The notes under the pieces were generated by a model that was given only the letters and a program-made list of their open reading frames with translations, was not told where the DNA came from and did not search any database. A program made the translations under genes and the position numbers. Positions 31,037-42,940 of a stretch of 64,000 bases of DNA are shown here, one piece after another. Source of the DNA: Escherichia phage 4E10. The stretch lies in sequence record OQ689735.1. The stretch is one strand, 5' to 3'. Position 1 is the stretch's first letter. Each line of letters opens with the position of its first letter.

Positions 31037-31332
31037 TTACATTTATCCTCTTTTAACTCTTGACGATAATAACATATCATAGTTTTCTGGTCATGTATAT
31101 ATCGTTTTACATCATTAAGCCAAATACGAAATTCCTGGGAATCTTCGAATGGCATACCGACCCAAGCTTTACCATCAATAACTTTAACTTGCCAGGATAG
31201 TTTAGCTTCATCATATGACTTTATTTGTACTGGCCAATTAGGATGAACTGTTTCTTTCTTTACTTCTAGAGGCTTTGTCGAACAACCAACTAGAAGACCA
31301 ATAGATAATATTACTGCTGATAGTTTAATCAT
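31033..31332 (-). CDS. outer-membrane spanin lipoprotein (o-spanin, pseT.2-like)
   Basis: 99 aa; signal peptide with lipobox LVGC. Confidence 0.7.
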   Translation of the reverse strand: MIKLSAVILSIGLLVGCSTKPLEVKKETVHPNWPVQIKSYDEAKLSWQVKVIDGKAWVGMPFEDSQEFRIWLNDVKRYIHDQKTMICYYRQELKEDKCK

Positions 31333-31682
31333 TTAGAAAGGTCCTGGATGTCTTCTGCGAACTTGTTGAAGGAGTTGTTGATTTGTTTTTCAACCAATCC
31401 TGGCTTATGAGCCACCACATCCGCCTTCTTTGCGTCTTTGCGCAGTTTTTCATTTTCACGCTCAATAGCAGCAATTGCCTCACGATTTTTATTATTCATC
31501 GCATCAATATAATTATACTGAATTCGCAAATTATTTAATGCTAAAGCGTTTTCATTGGCCGTTTTTGTAATTTCTACAACAGACGTTTCTAATCTTTCAA
31601 TTTTATTTTTTAAAATTAAAGAAGTTCCGCCCAATGCAATTACAATTAATAGCAAGCCTGCTGTCGTATTACTTAATTGCAT
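31329..31682 (-). CDS. inner-membrane spanin (i-spanin, pseT.3-like)
   Basis: 117 aa; N-terminal transmembrane helix followed by coiled-coil-like region; 4-nt overlap with o-spanin. Confidence 0.7.
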   Translation of the reverse strand: MQLSNTTAGLLLIVIALGGTSLILKNKIERLETSVVEITKTANENALALNNLRIQYNYIDAMNNKNREAIAAIERENEKLRKDAKKADVVAHKPGLVEKQINNSFNKFAEDIQDLSK

Positions 31683-32179
31683 AAAGTTTTAATAACCTCT
31701 ATAATATCGTCTTGAGAAAGACCGTTAATTAAAATATGATGTTCAGCTGGAGATTTAGAAATTTTAAAGCATGCCTCAACATCTTCTGCCATATCCGACG
31801 CGCTACGATTTGGATTACTAATTCCAAGACGATGTTTTCCCGTTAAAGGATTAACGATGATATAGCATTTACAGTTGTTAATATGAACATTAGGTTGAGT
31901 CTGATTAATGAATACATCACAATCATATTTCGCAAGCTGATTTTCTAAAAAGACTTTCATCTCCTCAACCGCATCAGGAAGCATATCACGGGCTTGCTCA
32001 AGACGACGATTTCGATATTCTTTAATGGTCGTTTTCCGCTTGACTTGCTTAGCTAAATCTTTCTTAAGATCGGTGATATATCCAACTCGACGATTTCCTT
32101 TAAATACAGAAATCCCATCTGTAGTATCACCGTATGCTTCAACGACCATCTCAGTAGTAATAAGCTGCAAATCCATCAT
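31673..32179 (-). CDS. alc: Alc host-transcription shutoff protein
   Basis: 168 aa at T4 alc position upstream of spanins. Confidence 0.8.
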   Translation of the reverse strand: MMDLQLITTEMVVEAYGDTTDGISVFKGNRRVGYITDLKKDLAKQVKRKTTIKEYRNRRLEQARDMLPDAVEEMKVFLENQLAKYDCDVFINQTQPNVHINNCKCYIIVNPLTGKHRLGISNPNRSASDMAEDVEACFKISKSPAEHHILINGLSQDDIIEVIKTLCN

Positions 32180-32182
32180 AAA

Positions 32183-32238
32183 GTCCTCATGTTATGTCAG
32201 TAAGACTACTATAACACAACACGAGGGAACTTGTAAAC
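32183..32238 (-). repeat. conserved promoter-leader cassette, copy 2 (near-identical to 16391-16442)
   Basis: cctcatgttatgtcagtaaga..tataacacaacacgaggga(a)cttgtaaac shared with copy 1. Confidence 0.8.
32208..32237 (-). promoter_or_regulatory. early promoter for alc
   Basis: minus strand GTTTACAAG..N18..TATAGT with GAGGA RBS in leader. Confidence 0.55.
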
Positions 32239-32241
32239 AGC

Positions 32242-33829
<1,588 letters not shown>

Positions 33830-33836
33830 AATAAAA

Positions 33837-33852
33837 TGGGCCTTACGGCCCA
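33837..33852 (-). terminator. stem-loop tgggcc-ttac-ggccca downstream of nrdB
   Basis: 6-bp GC stem 5 nt after nrdB stop. Confidence 0.5.
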
Positions 33853-33856
33853 CTCC

Positions 33857-35035
33857 TTAAAAATATTTTTTAAAACTCATCATAACTTTATCATCAACAT
33901 CATTATCAATCTGTGCAACAAGGTAAGATGATAGTTCTACTTCTTGTGGCGCGGATTGAACATTATCAGAATTAAGATATTCACGAATCCAAGGATACGG
34001 ATGTTTAACCGGAGCATCGGTAATTGGGCATGGAAGACCGCACTGTTTCATACGAGATACAGTTAAGTAATCAATAAAGCTCCACATGCTATTTGTATTT
34101 AATCCAGGAACATCGCCATCTTTAAATAAATGAACCGCCCAATCTTTTTCTTGACGGTTAACTTCCATGAAAATATCAACTGCTTCTTGTTCACACTCTT
34201 GGGCGATTTTAACCCATTCATCACCATCAGTGCCAAGTTGAAGTTGACGAATAATGTACTGAGTACCTTTAAGGTGAAGCTGCTCGTCACGAGCAATGAA
34301 CTTCATAATCTTGGCATTACCTTCCATGATTTCCATGTTCTTATGGAAGTTAAAGGTACATGCAAAAGATACATAAAAACGAATAGCTTCCAATGCGTTG
34401 ATTACATGCAAACAGAGGTAAAGAGATTTCATTAGCTCACGCTTCCAATATGTCTCATGCTCAATAGCATCTTCAATAACGTCTTCGTCTGCATTAATTT
34501 CTTTTTGGTATTCGATATCAGCTTTAGCGTTTTCCCAATAACGAGTTTTAATCAGAACATCATCATAATAACGTCCAATGGATTCAGCACGTTTCATAAT
34601 AGCTTCATCTAATACAATTTCATCAAATACCTTCGATGGATCAGTATAAAGATTTCGCATGATATGTGTATATGAACGGCTGTGAATAGTTTCACTAAAA
34701 GTCCACGTAGCAACCCATGTATCAAGGCTTGGGTCTGAAATTAATGACATAAGTACAGCAGACGGCGCACGACCCTGAATGCTATCCAAAAGTGATTGAT
34801 ACTTCAGATTATTAGTAAAAATATTTTGCTGATACTGAGGAAGCTTATTAAACTGTGCAGCATCCATCATCAAGTTTACTTCTTCAGGACGCCAGAAAAA
34901 TGATAATTGCTTTTCGGTTAAATCTTCAAAAACTTTATGACGTTGAATATCATAACGCGCAATACCAAGACCTGAACCAAAAAACATAGGTTCTTTTAAA
35001 ACATCAACTGGATTTGTATTAAAAACTGTGCTCAT
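33857..35035 (-). CDS. nrdB: ribonucleotide reductase small subunit NrdB, uninterrupted (no intron)
   Basis: 392 aa contiguous ORF with ferritin-like motifs. Confidence 0.92.
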   Translation of the reverse strand: MSTVFNTNPVDVLKEPMFFGSGLGIARYDIQRHKVFEDLTEKQLSFFWRPEEVNLMMDAAQFNKLPQYQQNIFTNNLKYQSLLDSIQGRAPSAVLMSLISDPSLDTWVATWTFSETIHSRSYTHIMRNLYTDPSKVFDEIVLDEAIMKRAESIGRYYDDVLIKTRYWENAKADIEYQKEINADEDVIEDAIEHETYWKRELMKSLYLCLHVINALEAIRFYVSFACTFNFHKNMEIMEGNAKIMKFIARDEQLHLKGTQYIIRQLQLGTDGDEWVKIAQECEQEAVDIFMEVNRQEKDWAVHLFKDGDVPGLNTNSMWSFIDYLTVSRMKQCGLPCPITDAPVKHPYPWIREYLNSDNVQSAPQEVELSSYLVAQIDNDVDDKVMMSFKKYF

Positions 35036-35086
35036 AAATTTTCCGCTTAGTTAATAGATAGTGACTCGTCCATGAGTCAAATTATA

Positions 35087-37351
35087 TCATAATTTACAGG
35101 ATGAACAATCTTCAGCTTTTGGAGTTTCTATTTCATAATCATCAGTACCAGAACCATCACGGGTATTATGATAATAGAAATTTTTTCCGCCAAAATACCA
35201 AAAATACAAAAGGTCATCAATCATTATTGACATTGGAACCTTGCCTTTAGGGTAGATTTGGGGGTCATAATATGTATTCGCTGAAGCTGATTGACACACC
35301 CATTTCAGCATAATAGCTACCTGCGTAAGATAAGGTTTATTACCTTTCTTAGCTAATTTCCATGTATAATCATAGAGGTCTATGTTATGCTCAATATTGG
35401 GCACGACTTGATTAAAGGAGCCCTCTTTTGATTCTTTAACAGAGACTGGTCCACGTGGAGGCTCGATACCGTTTGTACTGTTAGAAACTTGGGAAGATGA
35501 CTCACATGGCATAAGTGCTGATAATGTGCTATTACGGATGCCAAAGAGCTTAAGGTCTTCCCGCAGCGACGACCAGTCACAAACGTATTTTGGAGCTGCG
35601 ATTTGGTCAATCTTTTTATTGTACCAGTCGATAGGTAATTCGCCTCGAGACCAACGAGTGTCTGAATAATATTCGCAAGGTCCTTTTTCTTTGGCGAGCT
35701 TAATGGATGCTTTAATGAGTCCATACTGTAATCTCTCAAATAGTTCATGTGTTAAATCGTTAGCATCTTCATAAGAAGCAAAGTTACTTGCCAGCCAAGC
35801 TGCATAGTTAGTAACACCTACACCGAGGTTACGACGCTTTTTAGCTTTTTCTGCTTCAGGAACTGGATATCCTTGGTAATCCAAAAGATTATCAAGAGCA
35901 CGAACTTGAACTTCTGCCAATTCATTAATTTTATCTTGGTCTTGCCAATCGAAGTTATCCAACACAAATGCAGATAACGTGCACAAGCCAATTTCAGCAT
36001 CAGGACTATTCACATCATTTGTTGGAATAGCAATTTCACAGCACAAGTTACTCTGACGAATAGGTGCCTTTTCACGAATAAACGGAGTATAGTTATTCGT
36101 ATTATCAATGAACTGTACATAAATCCTTGCTGTTCCTGAACGTTCAGTCATGAGCAATTCAAATAGTTCACGGGCTTTAATACGCTTTTTACGAATATTA
36201 GGGTCTTTTTCTGCTGCTTCGTATAATTCACGGAAACGGTCTTGGTCTTTAAAATAAGAATAATAAAGCTCGCCACCCATTTCATGCGGACTGAACAAAG
36301 TAATGTAATCGTTCTTTCCGAATCGTTCCATCATCAAATCATTCAGCTGAACACCATAATCCATATGACGAATGCGGTTTTCTTCTACACCTTTGTTATT
36401 TTTCAAAACGAGAAGATTTTCAACTTCCAAATGCCAAATAGGATAATAAGCAGTAGCAGCGCCGCCACGAATTCCACCCTGTGAGCATGATTTAACAGCA
36501 GTCTGAAAATGTTTCCAAAAAGGAATAACACCAGTATGGCGTACTTCACCCATGCCAATCTTAGAACCTTCAGCACGAATCATACCAACGTTAATACCAA
36601 TTCCAGCGCGTTTAGAGATATATTCAACAATCGAAGCGGAAGCCTTATTGATAGACTTCAGCGAATCACCTGCCTCAATAACAACACATGAACTAAACTG
36701 TCGAGTCGGAGTACGACAACCAGCCATAATAGGAGTTGGCAATGAAATCTGTCGAGTAGATACTGCTTCATAAAAACGAATAACATGTTTTAATCTATCA
36801 ACAGGTTCATCTTGATGCAATGCCATTCCAATAGTCATAAATGCAAACTGTGGAGTTTCATAAATTTGACCAGTGGTTTTATCTTTAACTAGATATTTTT
36901 CTTTTAATTGCATCGCCCCGGAATAAGTAAATTCCATATCCCGCTCGTGCTTAATTTTTGATTCTAAAAATGTAATTTCTTCTGCTGAATATTTTGACAA
37001 TAATTCAGGGTCATATTTACCTTCATTTACACAGTAAGAAATATGGTCAATAAATGAACGTGGTTCATACTGCCCATAAACATGCTTACGAAGAGCAAAC
37101 ATTAAACAGCGTGCAGCTACATATTGATAATCAGGTTCTTCAACCGAAATAGAATTCGCAGCGGCCTTAATGACAATAGTCTGAATATCATCAGTTGTCA
37201 TTCCATCACGGAGATAAGATTTAATATTTTCATATAATTCATAAGGATCTACTGATGTTCCTTCAGCTGCCCAAGATAAAACTTTAATAATTTTTTGTGG
37301 GTCAAAGCTCTGAGAAACACCACTACTTTTGATAACATTAATTAATTGCAT
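35087..37351 (-). CDS. nrdA: ribonucleotide reductase large subunit NrdA
   Basis: 754 aa, T4 NrdA length; C-terminal redox cysteines. Confidence 0.93.
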   Translation of the reverse strand: MQLINVIKSSGVSQSFDPQKIIKVLSWAAEGTSVDPYELYENIKSYLRDGMTTDDIQTIVIKAAANSISVEEPDYQYVAARCLMFALRKHVYGQYEPRSFIDHISYCVNEGKYDPELLSKYSAEEITFLESKIKHERDMEFTYSGAMQLKEKYLVKDKTTGQIYETPQFAFMTIGMALHQDEPVDRLKHVIRFYEAVSTRQISLPTPIMAGCRTPTRQFSSCVVIEAGDSLKSINKASASIVEYISKRAGIGINVGMIRAEGSKIGMGEVRHTGVIPFWKHFQTAVKSCSQGGIRGGAATAYYPIWHLEVENLLVLKNNKGVEENRIRHMDYGVQLNDLMMERFGKNDYITLFSPHEMGGELYYSYFKDQDRFRELYEAAEKDPNIRKKRIKARELFELLMTERSGTARIYVQFIDNTNNYTPFIREKAPIRQSNLCCEIAIPTNDVNSPDAEIGLCTLSAFVLDNFDWQDQDKINELAEVQVRALDNLLDYQGYPVPEAEKAKKRRNLGVGVTNYAAWLASNFASYEDANDLTHELFERLQYGLIKASIKLAKEKGPCEYYSDTRWSRGELPIDWYNKKIDQIAAPKYVCDWSSLREDLKLFGIRNSTLSALMPCESSSQVSNSTNGIEPPRGPVSVKESKEGSFNQVVPNIEHNIDLYDYTWKLAKKGNKPYLTQVAIMLKWVCQSASANTYYDPQIYPKGKVPMSIMIDDLLYFWYFGGKNFYYHNTRDGSGTDDYEIETPKAEDCSSCKL

Positions 37352-37668
37352 AAGTCCTCAACTTGAAAATCGTCTTTAAACAATCGGTTAACTATATGAG
37401 CTATTATATCACCATGACACGGCTTTGGTTTACATGTGCATCCTAGCCTCATTCCACGTAAAGGCTCTAAATGTGCTTTAGTTATTTCTCCGGATTTAAT
37501 TCGACGTATAAAATCTTTTTTGAATAATTCAATGGCAGCCTCCCGGCTGCCAGCATCTTTACCGACGTAATTTCCCCAAAATGTACCACGGTGAATATTA
37601 ACATCAAAGTCGGATTTATATTTATTCACTACTCGGCATATACGGCCTGCGCGGTTGTAAGTGTTCAT
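37342..37668 (-). CDS. hypothetical Cys/His-containing protein (nrdA.1 position)
   Basis: 108-aa ORF overlapping nrdA start. Confidence 0.55.
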   Translation of the reverse strand: MNTYNRAGRICRVVNKYKSDFDVNIHRGTFWGNYVGKDAGSREAAIELFKKDFIRRIKSGEITKAHLEPLRGMRLGCTCKPKPCHGDIIAHIVNRLFKDDFQVEDLCN

Positions 37669-37897
37669 ATTGTTCTTCCGTTAAAACAGTAATATCGTAG
37701 TAACAGTCAGAAGAAGTTTTAACTGTGGAAATTTTATTATCAAAATACTCACGAGTCATTTTATGAGTATAATATTTTTTGCCATAAATGATAATAGGCT
37801 GATTTGGTCCTGGAACTTCTAACTCGCTTGGGTTAGGAAGTGTAAAAAGAACAACGTCAGAAGTATCTTTAAATCGTAAAATCATAAATCCTCGCAA
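37622..37897 (-). CDS. hypothetical protein (nrdA.2 position)
   Basis: 91-aa ORF. Confidence 0.5.
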   Translation of the reverse strand: MRGFMILRFKDTSDVVLFTLPNPSELEVPGPNQPIIIYGKKYYTHKMTREYFDNKISTVKTSSDCYYDITVLTEEQYEHLQPRRPYMPSSE

Positions 37898-37905
37898 TAA
37901 TAAAA

Positions 37906-38766
37906 TTATACCGCCATCTTTCCTTTAATTGGCGGGTGAGATACATAGTCGTTAAGAACAAAATTATGCGGCTTTGCGAATTGACTCAACCAAAATACCT
38001 GTGATTCTGTGTCCCATTCATCAAATTCATCTGGGAATTTTAATTGTAATTCGCATAAATCCATAGGTTCACGACATAAAATTTCTTTACATTGTTCTAC
38101 GTGATTCATATAGATATGAGTATTACCACCAGAAAATATCAAATCTCCCGGAATAAGATTACACATCTTAGCTACAATATGAACTAACGTAGCATATGAT
38201 GCAATATTAAATGGAAGACCGAGGAAAACATCTACCGAACGTTGATACCACTGAAGGTCAAGGTATCCATTACGCACATTAAACTGATAGAACATATGAC
38301 AAGGCGGTAATGCCATATATTTAAGTTCAGCTGGATTCCACGCAGAAACAATTTGACGCCTATCATTTGGCAGTTTTTTAATACGATCAATAACTTCTAT
38401 AATTTGATCTACACCGCCAAAATCACGCCACTGTTTTCCATAAATTGGACCAAGTTCACCGCTATGGTATCCTAAATCTTTTGCTTGATTTTCGTAATTT
38501 TCATCCCAGACTGTTTTGCCTTGAATTAATGAATCATGTTGAATTAATCGCAAATCATTGACATTTGTGCTTCCTGATAAAAACCATATTAGCTCAGCAA
38601 TGCATGCATTCCAGGCGAGCTTTTTAGTTGTTACTGCAGGAAAACCTTTGGTTAAATCCCAACGCAATTTAGTACCGAACAAAGCAATTGTTCCTGTGCC
38701 CGTTCGGTCATCGGTTTCATAGCCATTTTCAAAAATGTCTTTAATTAAATCTTGGTATTGTTTCAT
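37906..38766 (-). CDS. td: thymidylate synthase, uninterrupted (no intron)
   Basis: 286 aa contiguous ORF with active-site PPCH context. Confidence 0.93.
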   Translation of the reverse strand: MKQYQDLIKDIFENGYETDDRTGTGTIALFGTKLRWDLTKGFPAVTTKKLAWNACIAELIWFLSGSTNVNDLRLIQHDSLIQGKTVWDENYENQAKDLGYHSGELGPIYGKQWRDFGGVDQIIEVIDRIKKLPNDRRQIVSAWNPAELKYMALPPCHMFYQFNVRNGYLDLQWYQRSVDVFLGLPFNIASYATLVHIVAKMCNLIPGDLIFSGGNTHIYMNHVEQCKEILCREPMDLCELQLKFPDEFDEWDTESQVFWLSQFAKPHNFVLNDYVSHPPIKGKMAV

Positions 38767-38811
38767 TTAGTACCTTATATAAATTATAATACATTTTATG
38801 AAGCTAAATAA

Positions 38812-39159
38812 TCAATACGGTTTAGCATCAAATTTTCTCTCAATTTCAGGCGTGAAATATAATTCTTTACCGCGTTTGGAAAAGCGACCAATAATATGAT
38901 AATTATTCTCATCAAACGTGATATTACCAATATCCATAGCTTTCAACCAAATATCGATATTTCTATCCAGCTTTATGTCAAAATTCCAATACGGAGAACT
39001 ATTACCGAAAATACTACAAGCGGATTCAGTGAAACAACTGCTATAAATCTTGTCTTTAGGAACTACTAATTGATAGACACCTTTAATAAACTGAGGACCC
39101 TGCCACTTTGGCTGTTTCTCATCTTTTTCTAATAGAATAGGGTAATAATTAAAATTCAT
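38812..39159 (-). CDS. hypothetical 115-aa protein inserted between frd and td
   Basis: ATG-initiated ORF with weak RBS; no recognisable motif. Confidence 0.6.
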   Translation of the reverse strand: MNFNYYPILLEKDEKQPKWQGPQFIKGVYQLVVPKDKIYSSCFTESACSIFGNSSPYWNFDIKLDRNIDIWLKAMDIGNITFDENNYHIIGRFSKRGKELYFTPEIERKFDAKPY

Positions 39160-39178
39160 ATTTCCGCCGCGCGTTATT

Positions 39179-40137
<959 letters not shown>

Positions 40138-40190
40138 TTTTTAAAGCATTGCATAATCGAATTCGTCATTCATAAATTCAAAAACAAAAA

Positions 40191-40550
40191 TCATATTATC
40201 TCCCATTGAAAAGGGTCATGAGCATATCCGCTAGCGTCAATCATTTTAACTAAAGTTACCATTCCTTTGTTAACTGCTTGTGCGATTTCATCAAAAACTT
40301 CGTCACTATCGTCGTAAAGGTCATTAAAAAGTTCTAATACGTTCTTCTGAACTTTTAATTTACGGCCGACAATTTCGCCTACAGTAAATTCGTTTCCGCC
40401 AAATCCAGCGTAAAATGTAATTACACCCATTAACTGGCTTTCACGGGAATCTATGTCGTGTGATAAATTAATAAAAGCCGTCCCAGGCGCGGTTTTAAGT
40501 TGGCAACGAATTTTTACTTGGGTAATTCCAGTTATATGAATGTTAGACAT
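40191..40550 (-). CDS. hypothetical protein (frd.2 position)
   Basis: 119-aa ORF. Confidence 0.6.
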   Translation of the reverse strand: MSNIHITGITQVKIRCQLKTAPGTAFINLSHDIDSRESQLMGVITFYAGFGGNEFTVGEIVGRKLKVQKNVLELFNDLYDDSDEVFDEIAQAVNKGMVTLVKMIDASGYAHDPFQWEII

Positions 40551-40560
40551 AATATTTTTC

Positions 40561-40803
40561 TCAAACAGACTTTTTCACAATTTTCCAATCAGCTTTAAAC
40601 TGTTCAACGTCAGAATGGTAAATCCAGAATCCTGCGCTTTCTCCATCCTCATAAAGAGGGCATCCATCACATTCATCTTCCCATCCCATATCACGCAAAA
40701 GATGTTCAGCTTTTTCAACAAGTTCAGAATCTTTACCGATGATATTAAAATACCATTTACCTCTAACTTCTGAATCTTTGATGCTCTGGCGTTGTAATCT
40801 CAT
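40561..40803 (-). CDS. hypothetical 80-aa protein
   Basis: start moved to ATG with GAGGAG RBS downstream of early promoter. Confidence 0.55.
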   Translation of the reverse strand: MRLQRQSIKDSEVRGKWYFNIIGKDSELVEKAEHLLRDMGWEDECDGCPLYEDGESAGFWIYHSDVEQFKADWKIVKKSV

Positions 40804-40829
40804 TTTATTCTCCTCAAGTTGATAGGGTA

Positions 40830-40858
40830 ATAGTATCACACTACTACCCTGTTGTAAA
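40830..40858 (-). promoter_or_regulatory. early promoter with -10 bracketed by inverted repeat agggta/taccct
   Basis: minus strand GTTTACAAC..N17..TACTAT; inverted repeat at 40824-40829 and 40845-40850. Confidence 0.55.
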
Positions 40859-40861
40859 CAA

Positions 40862-41164
40862 TTATTTTTGAATTTTATCGAGCCACTTACCAAGCTTAAT
40901 CATTTCTTTAGTAGCCTTTTCCATACTTCTGAACTTAACCAATAGAGGATAGGTATCGACACCCATAACTAAACTGGTTACAAGACTGTGTTCACCCACA
41001 AGCCATAACGAATACGTTTGAATATCGAGTCCGTAATTTCTGTCTTTATGGACCCGTACACCCATCACTTCAAATTTCTCACTAGCTTTTTCTACCGCAT
41101 CCAGGAAATCATCTTTAGTCATATTAGGCCTTAAAAGTTTTTCGCAAAAGTTCAATGATTTCAT
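40862..41164 (-). CDS. hypothetical 100-aa protein
   Basis: ORF. Confidence 0.55.
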   Translation of the reverse strand: MKSLNFCEKLLRPNMTKDDFLDAVEKASEKFEVMGVRVHKDRNYGLDIQTYSLWLVGEHSLVTSLVMGVDTYPLLVKFRSMEKATKEMIKLGKWLDKIQK

Positions 41165-41510
41165 CTACATTGTTTTCGTCAACAATGCAGTGAATTTTTG
41201 TTACGCCAGAAACTATACCTTCATTAGCGGATTGAGGCTTTTCTAAAGTTACCTCAGTAAAGTATTTGAATTCTTCAGAGTAAATCTCAAAATACGTCTC
41301 AAGTGGGCCACCCGCCATGTATTCAGTGCCGTCTTCCATAGTTACACGTACCACACAGTCACCAGCACAATCATCACTTTCCATTTCATCTACAACAAAA
41401 CTAGGTCCGTGCTTCTCTATTAAATTTAGCATCATTACATTGCAACGGCACTCGTTAGCAAAGTCATTTTTAAATAAAGGGTTAATGATATAAGTTTTTC
41501 CAACTTCCAC
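41124..41510 (-). CDS. hypothetical 128-aa protein
   Basis: ORF. Confidence 0.55.
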   Translation of the reverse strand: MEVGKTYIINPLFKNDFANECRCNVMMLNLIEKHGPSFVVDEMESDDCAGDCVVRVTMEDGTEYMAGGPLETYFEIYSEEFKYFTEVTLEKPQSANEGIVSGVTKIHCIVDENNVDEIIELLRKTFKA

Positions 41511-41530
41511 TTTGATTTCCTCATTTTAAC

Positions 41531-41549
41531 GGGGCTATCAAATAGCCCC
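41531..41549 (-). terminator. stem-loop ggggcta-tcaaa-tagcccc
   Basis: 7-bp stem between two minus-strand ORFs. Confidence 0.45.
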
Positions 41550-41556
41550 TTGATAA

Positions 41557-41787
41557 TTATTGTTCAATCAGTCCCATGTAAAATTCTGCGTCTTCAGAAT
41601 CCATGCCATCGCAATATTCATTAGCCATAAAGCGGGTAAGGTCTTCAAGAGGACCTTCAATGACAATAGAAAAATTGCAATAATTGGGATCATCATGAAT
41701 ACTTGTGATACTAAGTTCAGGATAACGATTACGAATAATCTCTTCAATATATTCAAAATCAACGATGTCAATATCAACTTTAGCCAT
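41557..41787 (-). CDS. hypothetical 76-aa acidic protein
   Basis: ATG with GAGGAAAA RBS downstream of early promoter cassette. Confidence 0.55.
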   Translation of the reverse strand: MAKVDIDIVDFEYIEEIIRNRYPELSITSIHDDPNYCNFSIVIEGPLEDLTRFMANEYCDGMDSEDAEFYMGLIEQ

Positions 41788-41830
41788 ATTATTTTCCTCT
41801 TTAATCATCAGCAGTATTGCCGATAGTTGT

Positions 41831-41859
41831 ATAGTACCATAAAGCCTTATGTTTGTAAA
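41831..41859 (-). promoter_or_regulatory. early promoter (TTTACA, 17 nt, TACTAT)
   Basis: GTTTACAAAC..N17..TACTAT on minus strand. Confidence 0.6.
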
Positions 41860-41890
41860 CCGTTTTGTGAAAAATTTTTGAAATAAAAAA

Positions 41891-41909
41891 GGGGACCTCT
41901 AGGGTCCCC
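41891..41909 (-). terminator. gene 32 terminator stem-loop ggggacc-tctag-ggtcccc plus T-run
   Basis: 7-bp GC stem about 22 nt after gene 32 stop, followed on minus by TTTTTTATTT. Confidence 0.6.
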
Positions 41910-41931
41910 AATTAATTAGTAATATAATCTA

Positions 41932-42840
41932 TTAAAGGTCATTCAAAAGGTCATCCAGGTCCGTGTCATCAGCACTAGATGAACTGCCAGAGCTTGAGCT
42001 CATAAAATCATCTTCAGTTTTTGTATTGAAGTCATCAACATTGAATGCATCCAAATCATCAGCAACTTTATCAGCTTTCTTAGCAGCAGTTGCAGCGGCA
42101 CCGCCCATCACAGCAGTTCCCATAACTTGACTGAACTTAGTGCTCAGTTCTTCAAACGATTTGAATTTATCTTTAGAAGTCATTTCAGAAAGGTCAACCA
42201 TTTGTTCGAACAGTTCTTTCTGGAAAGATTCATCGTCAATGTTTGGAATCGCAGATTGATTCAGGAATTTAGATTCGTCGTAGTTACTAAAACCAGAAAC
42301 TTGTTTAACTTTCAGTACAAAGTTAGCACCTTCCCACGGACAAGTTACATCAACCGGAGTTTCACCCATTTCAACATCAACTGCAATCATTGCATTGATT
42401 TTATCCCAGATTTTCTTACCGAAACGGTATTTAAATACTTTACCTTCATTTTCTGGAGCAGCTGGGTCTTTTACAACAAGAATGTTAGCCCAGTAAGAAG
42501 TTTTACGTTTAACAAGACTGTACTCTTTATTGTCAGTGTTGTACAGATCATTTTTACTGATGTATTGACATACTGGGCAAGAATCGTAATCACCGTGAGT
42601 AGATGAACAGTTTTCAATATACCATTTACCATTTTTCTTGAAACCGTGATTTACAAGAATTGCAAATGGTGCTTGTTCATCATTTTTAGACGGAAGAAAA
42701 CGAATTACTGCTTGACCGTTACCCGCATTATCGAGTTTCAGTTTCCACTCGCCTTTATCTTCAGAAGAAAAACCACCTTTATTTCCAGCCAGTTTAGCCA
42801 TTTGTGCAGCGAGTTCAGCAGTAGATTTACGTTTAAACAT
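41932..42840 (-). CDS. 32: single-stranded DNA-binding protein gp32
   Basis: 302 aa; N-terminus [24 protein letters not shown] and acidic Ser/Asp-rich C-terminus. Confidence 0.93.
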   Translation of the reverse strand: MFKRKSTAELAAQMAKLAGNKGGFSSEDKGEWKLKLDNAGNGQAVIRFLPSKNDEQAPFAILVNHGFKKNGKWYIENCSSTHGDYDSCPVCQYISKNDLYNTDNKEYSLVKRKTSYWANILVVKDPAAPENEGKVFKYRFGKKIWDKINAMIAVDVEMGETPVDVTCPWEGANFVLKVKQVSGFSNYDESKFLNQSAIPNIDDESFQKELFEQMVDLSEMTSKDKFKSFEELSTKFSQVMGTAVMGGAAATAAKKADKVADDLDAFNVDDFNTKTEDDFMSSSSGSSSSADDTDLDDLLNDL

Positions 42841-42907
42841 TTTTATTTCCTTTTTAATTTAATTAACAGTTGGTGCTATGACGATGTATGACCTCATAGC
42901 TGGTCAG
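42841..42907 (-). promoter_or_regulatory. gene 32 autoregulatory translational operator (pseudoknot plus AU-rich leader)
   Basis: minus-strand leader TGACC-ag-CTATGA-GGTCA-tacatcg-TCATAG followed by UUAAUUAAAUUAAAAAGGAAAUAAAA-AUG. Confidence 0.65.
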
Positions 42908-42910
42908 TGA

Positions 42911-42940
42911 GATAATTATAATCTATTTATAATAAGCAAT
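42911..42940 (-). promoter_or_regulatory. gene 32 promoter region (late TATAAATA overlapping MotA box and -10)
   Basis: plus-strand TATTTATA at 42924-42931; minus strand TTGCTTA, 12 nt, TATAAT. Confidence 0.45.

Larger units (their letters stand above)
41815..41910 (-). repeat. terminator plus early-promoter cassette, copy A (about 85 percent identical to 58503-58603)
   Basis: shared blocks gatagttgtatagtacca and tgtaaaccgttttgtgaaaaa followed by A-rich tract and GC hairpin. Confidence 0.8.

Noticed and set aside
35380-36000. Minus-strand ORFs of 122 and 60 aa in alternative frames within nrdA
   Set aside because: Out-of-frame overlaps with the 754-aa nrdA ORF on the same strand; no independent start signals.
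42127-42891. Plus-strand ORFs of 159 and 81 aa antisense to gene 32
   Set aside because: Gene 32 is unambiguous on the minus strand; the antisense ORFs have no start context and an implausible composition.
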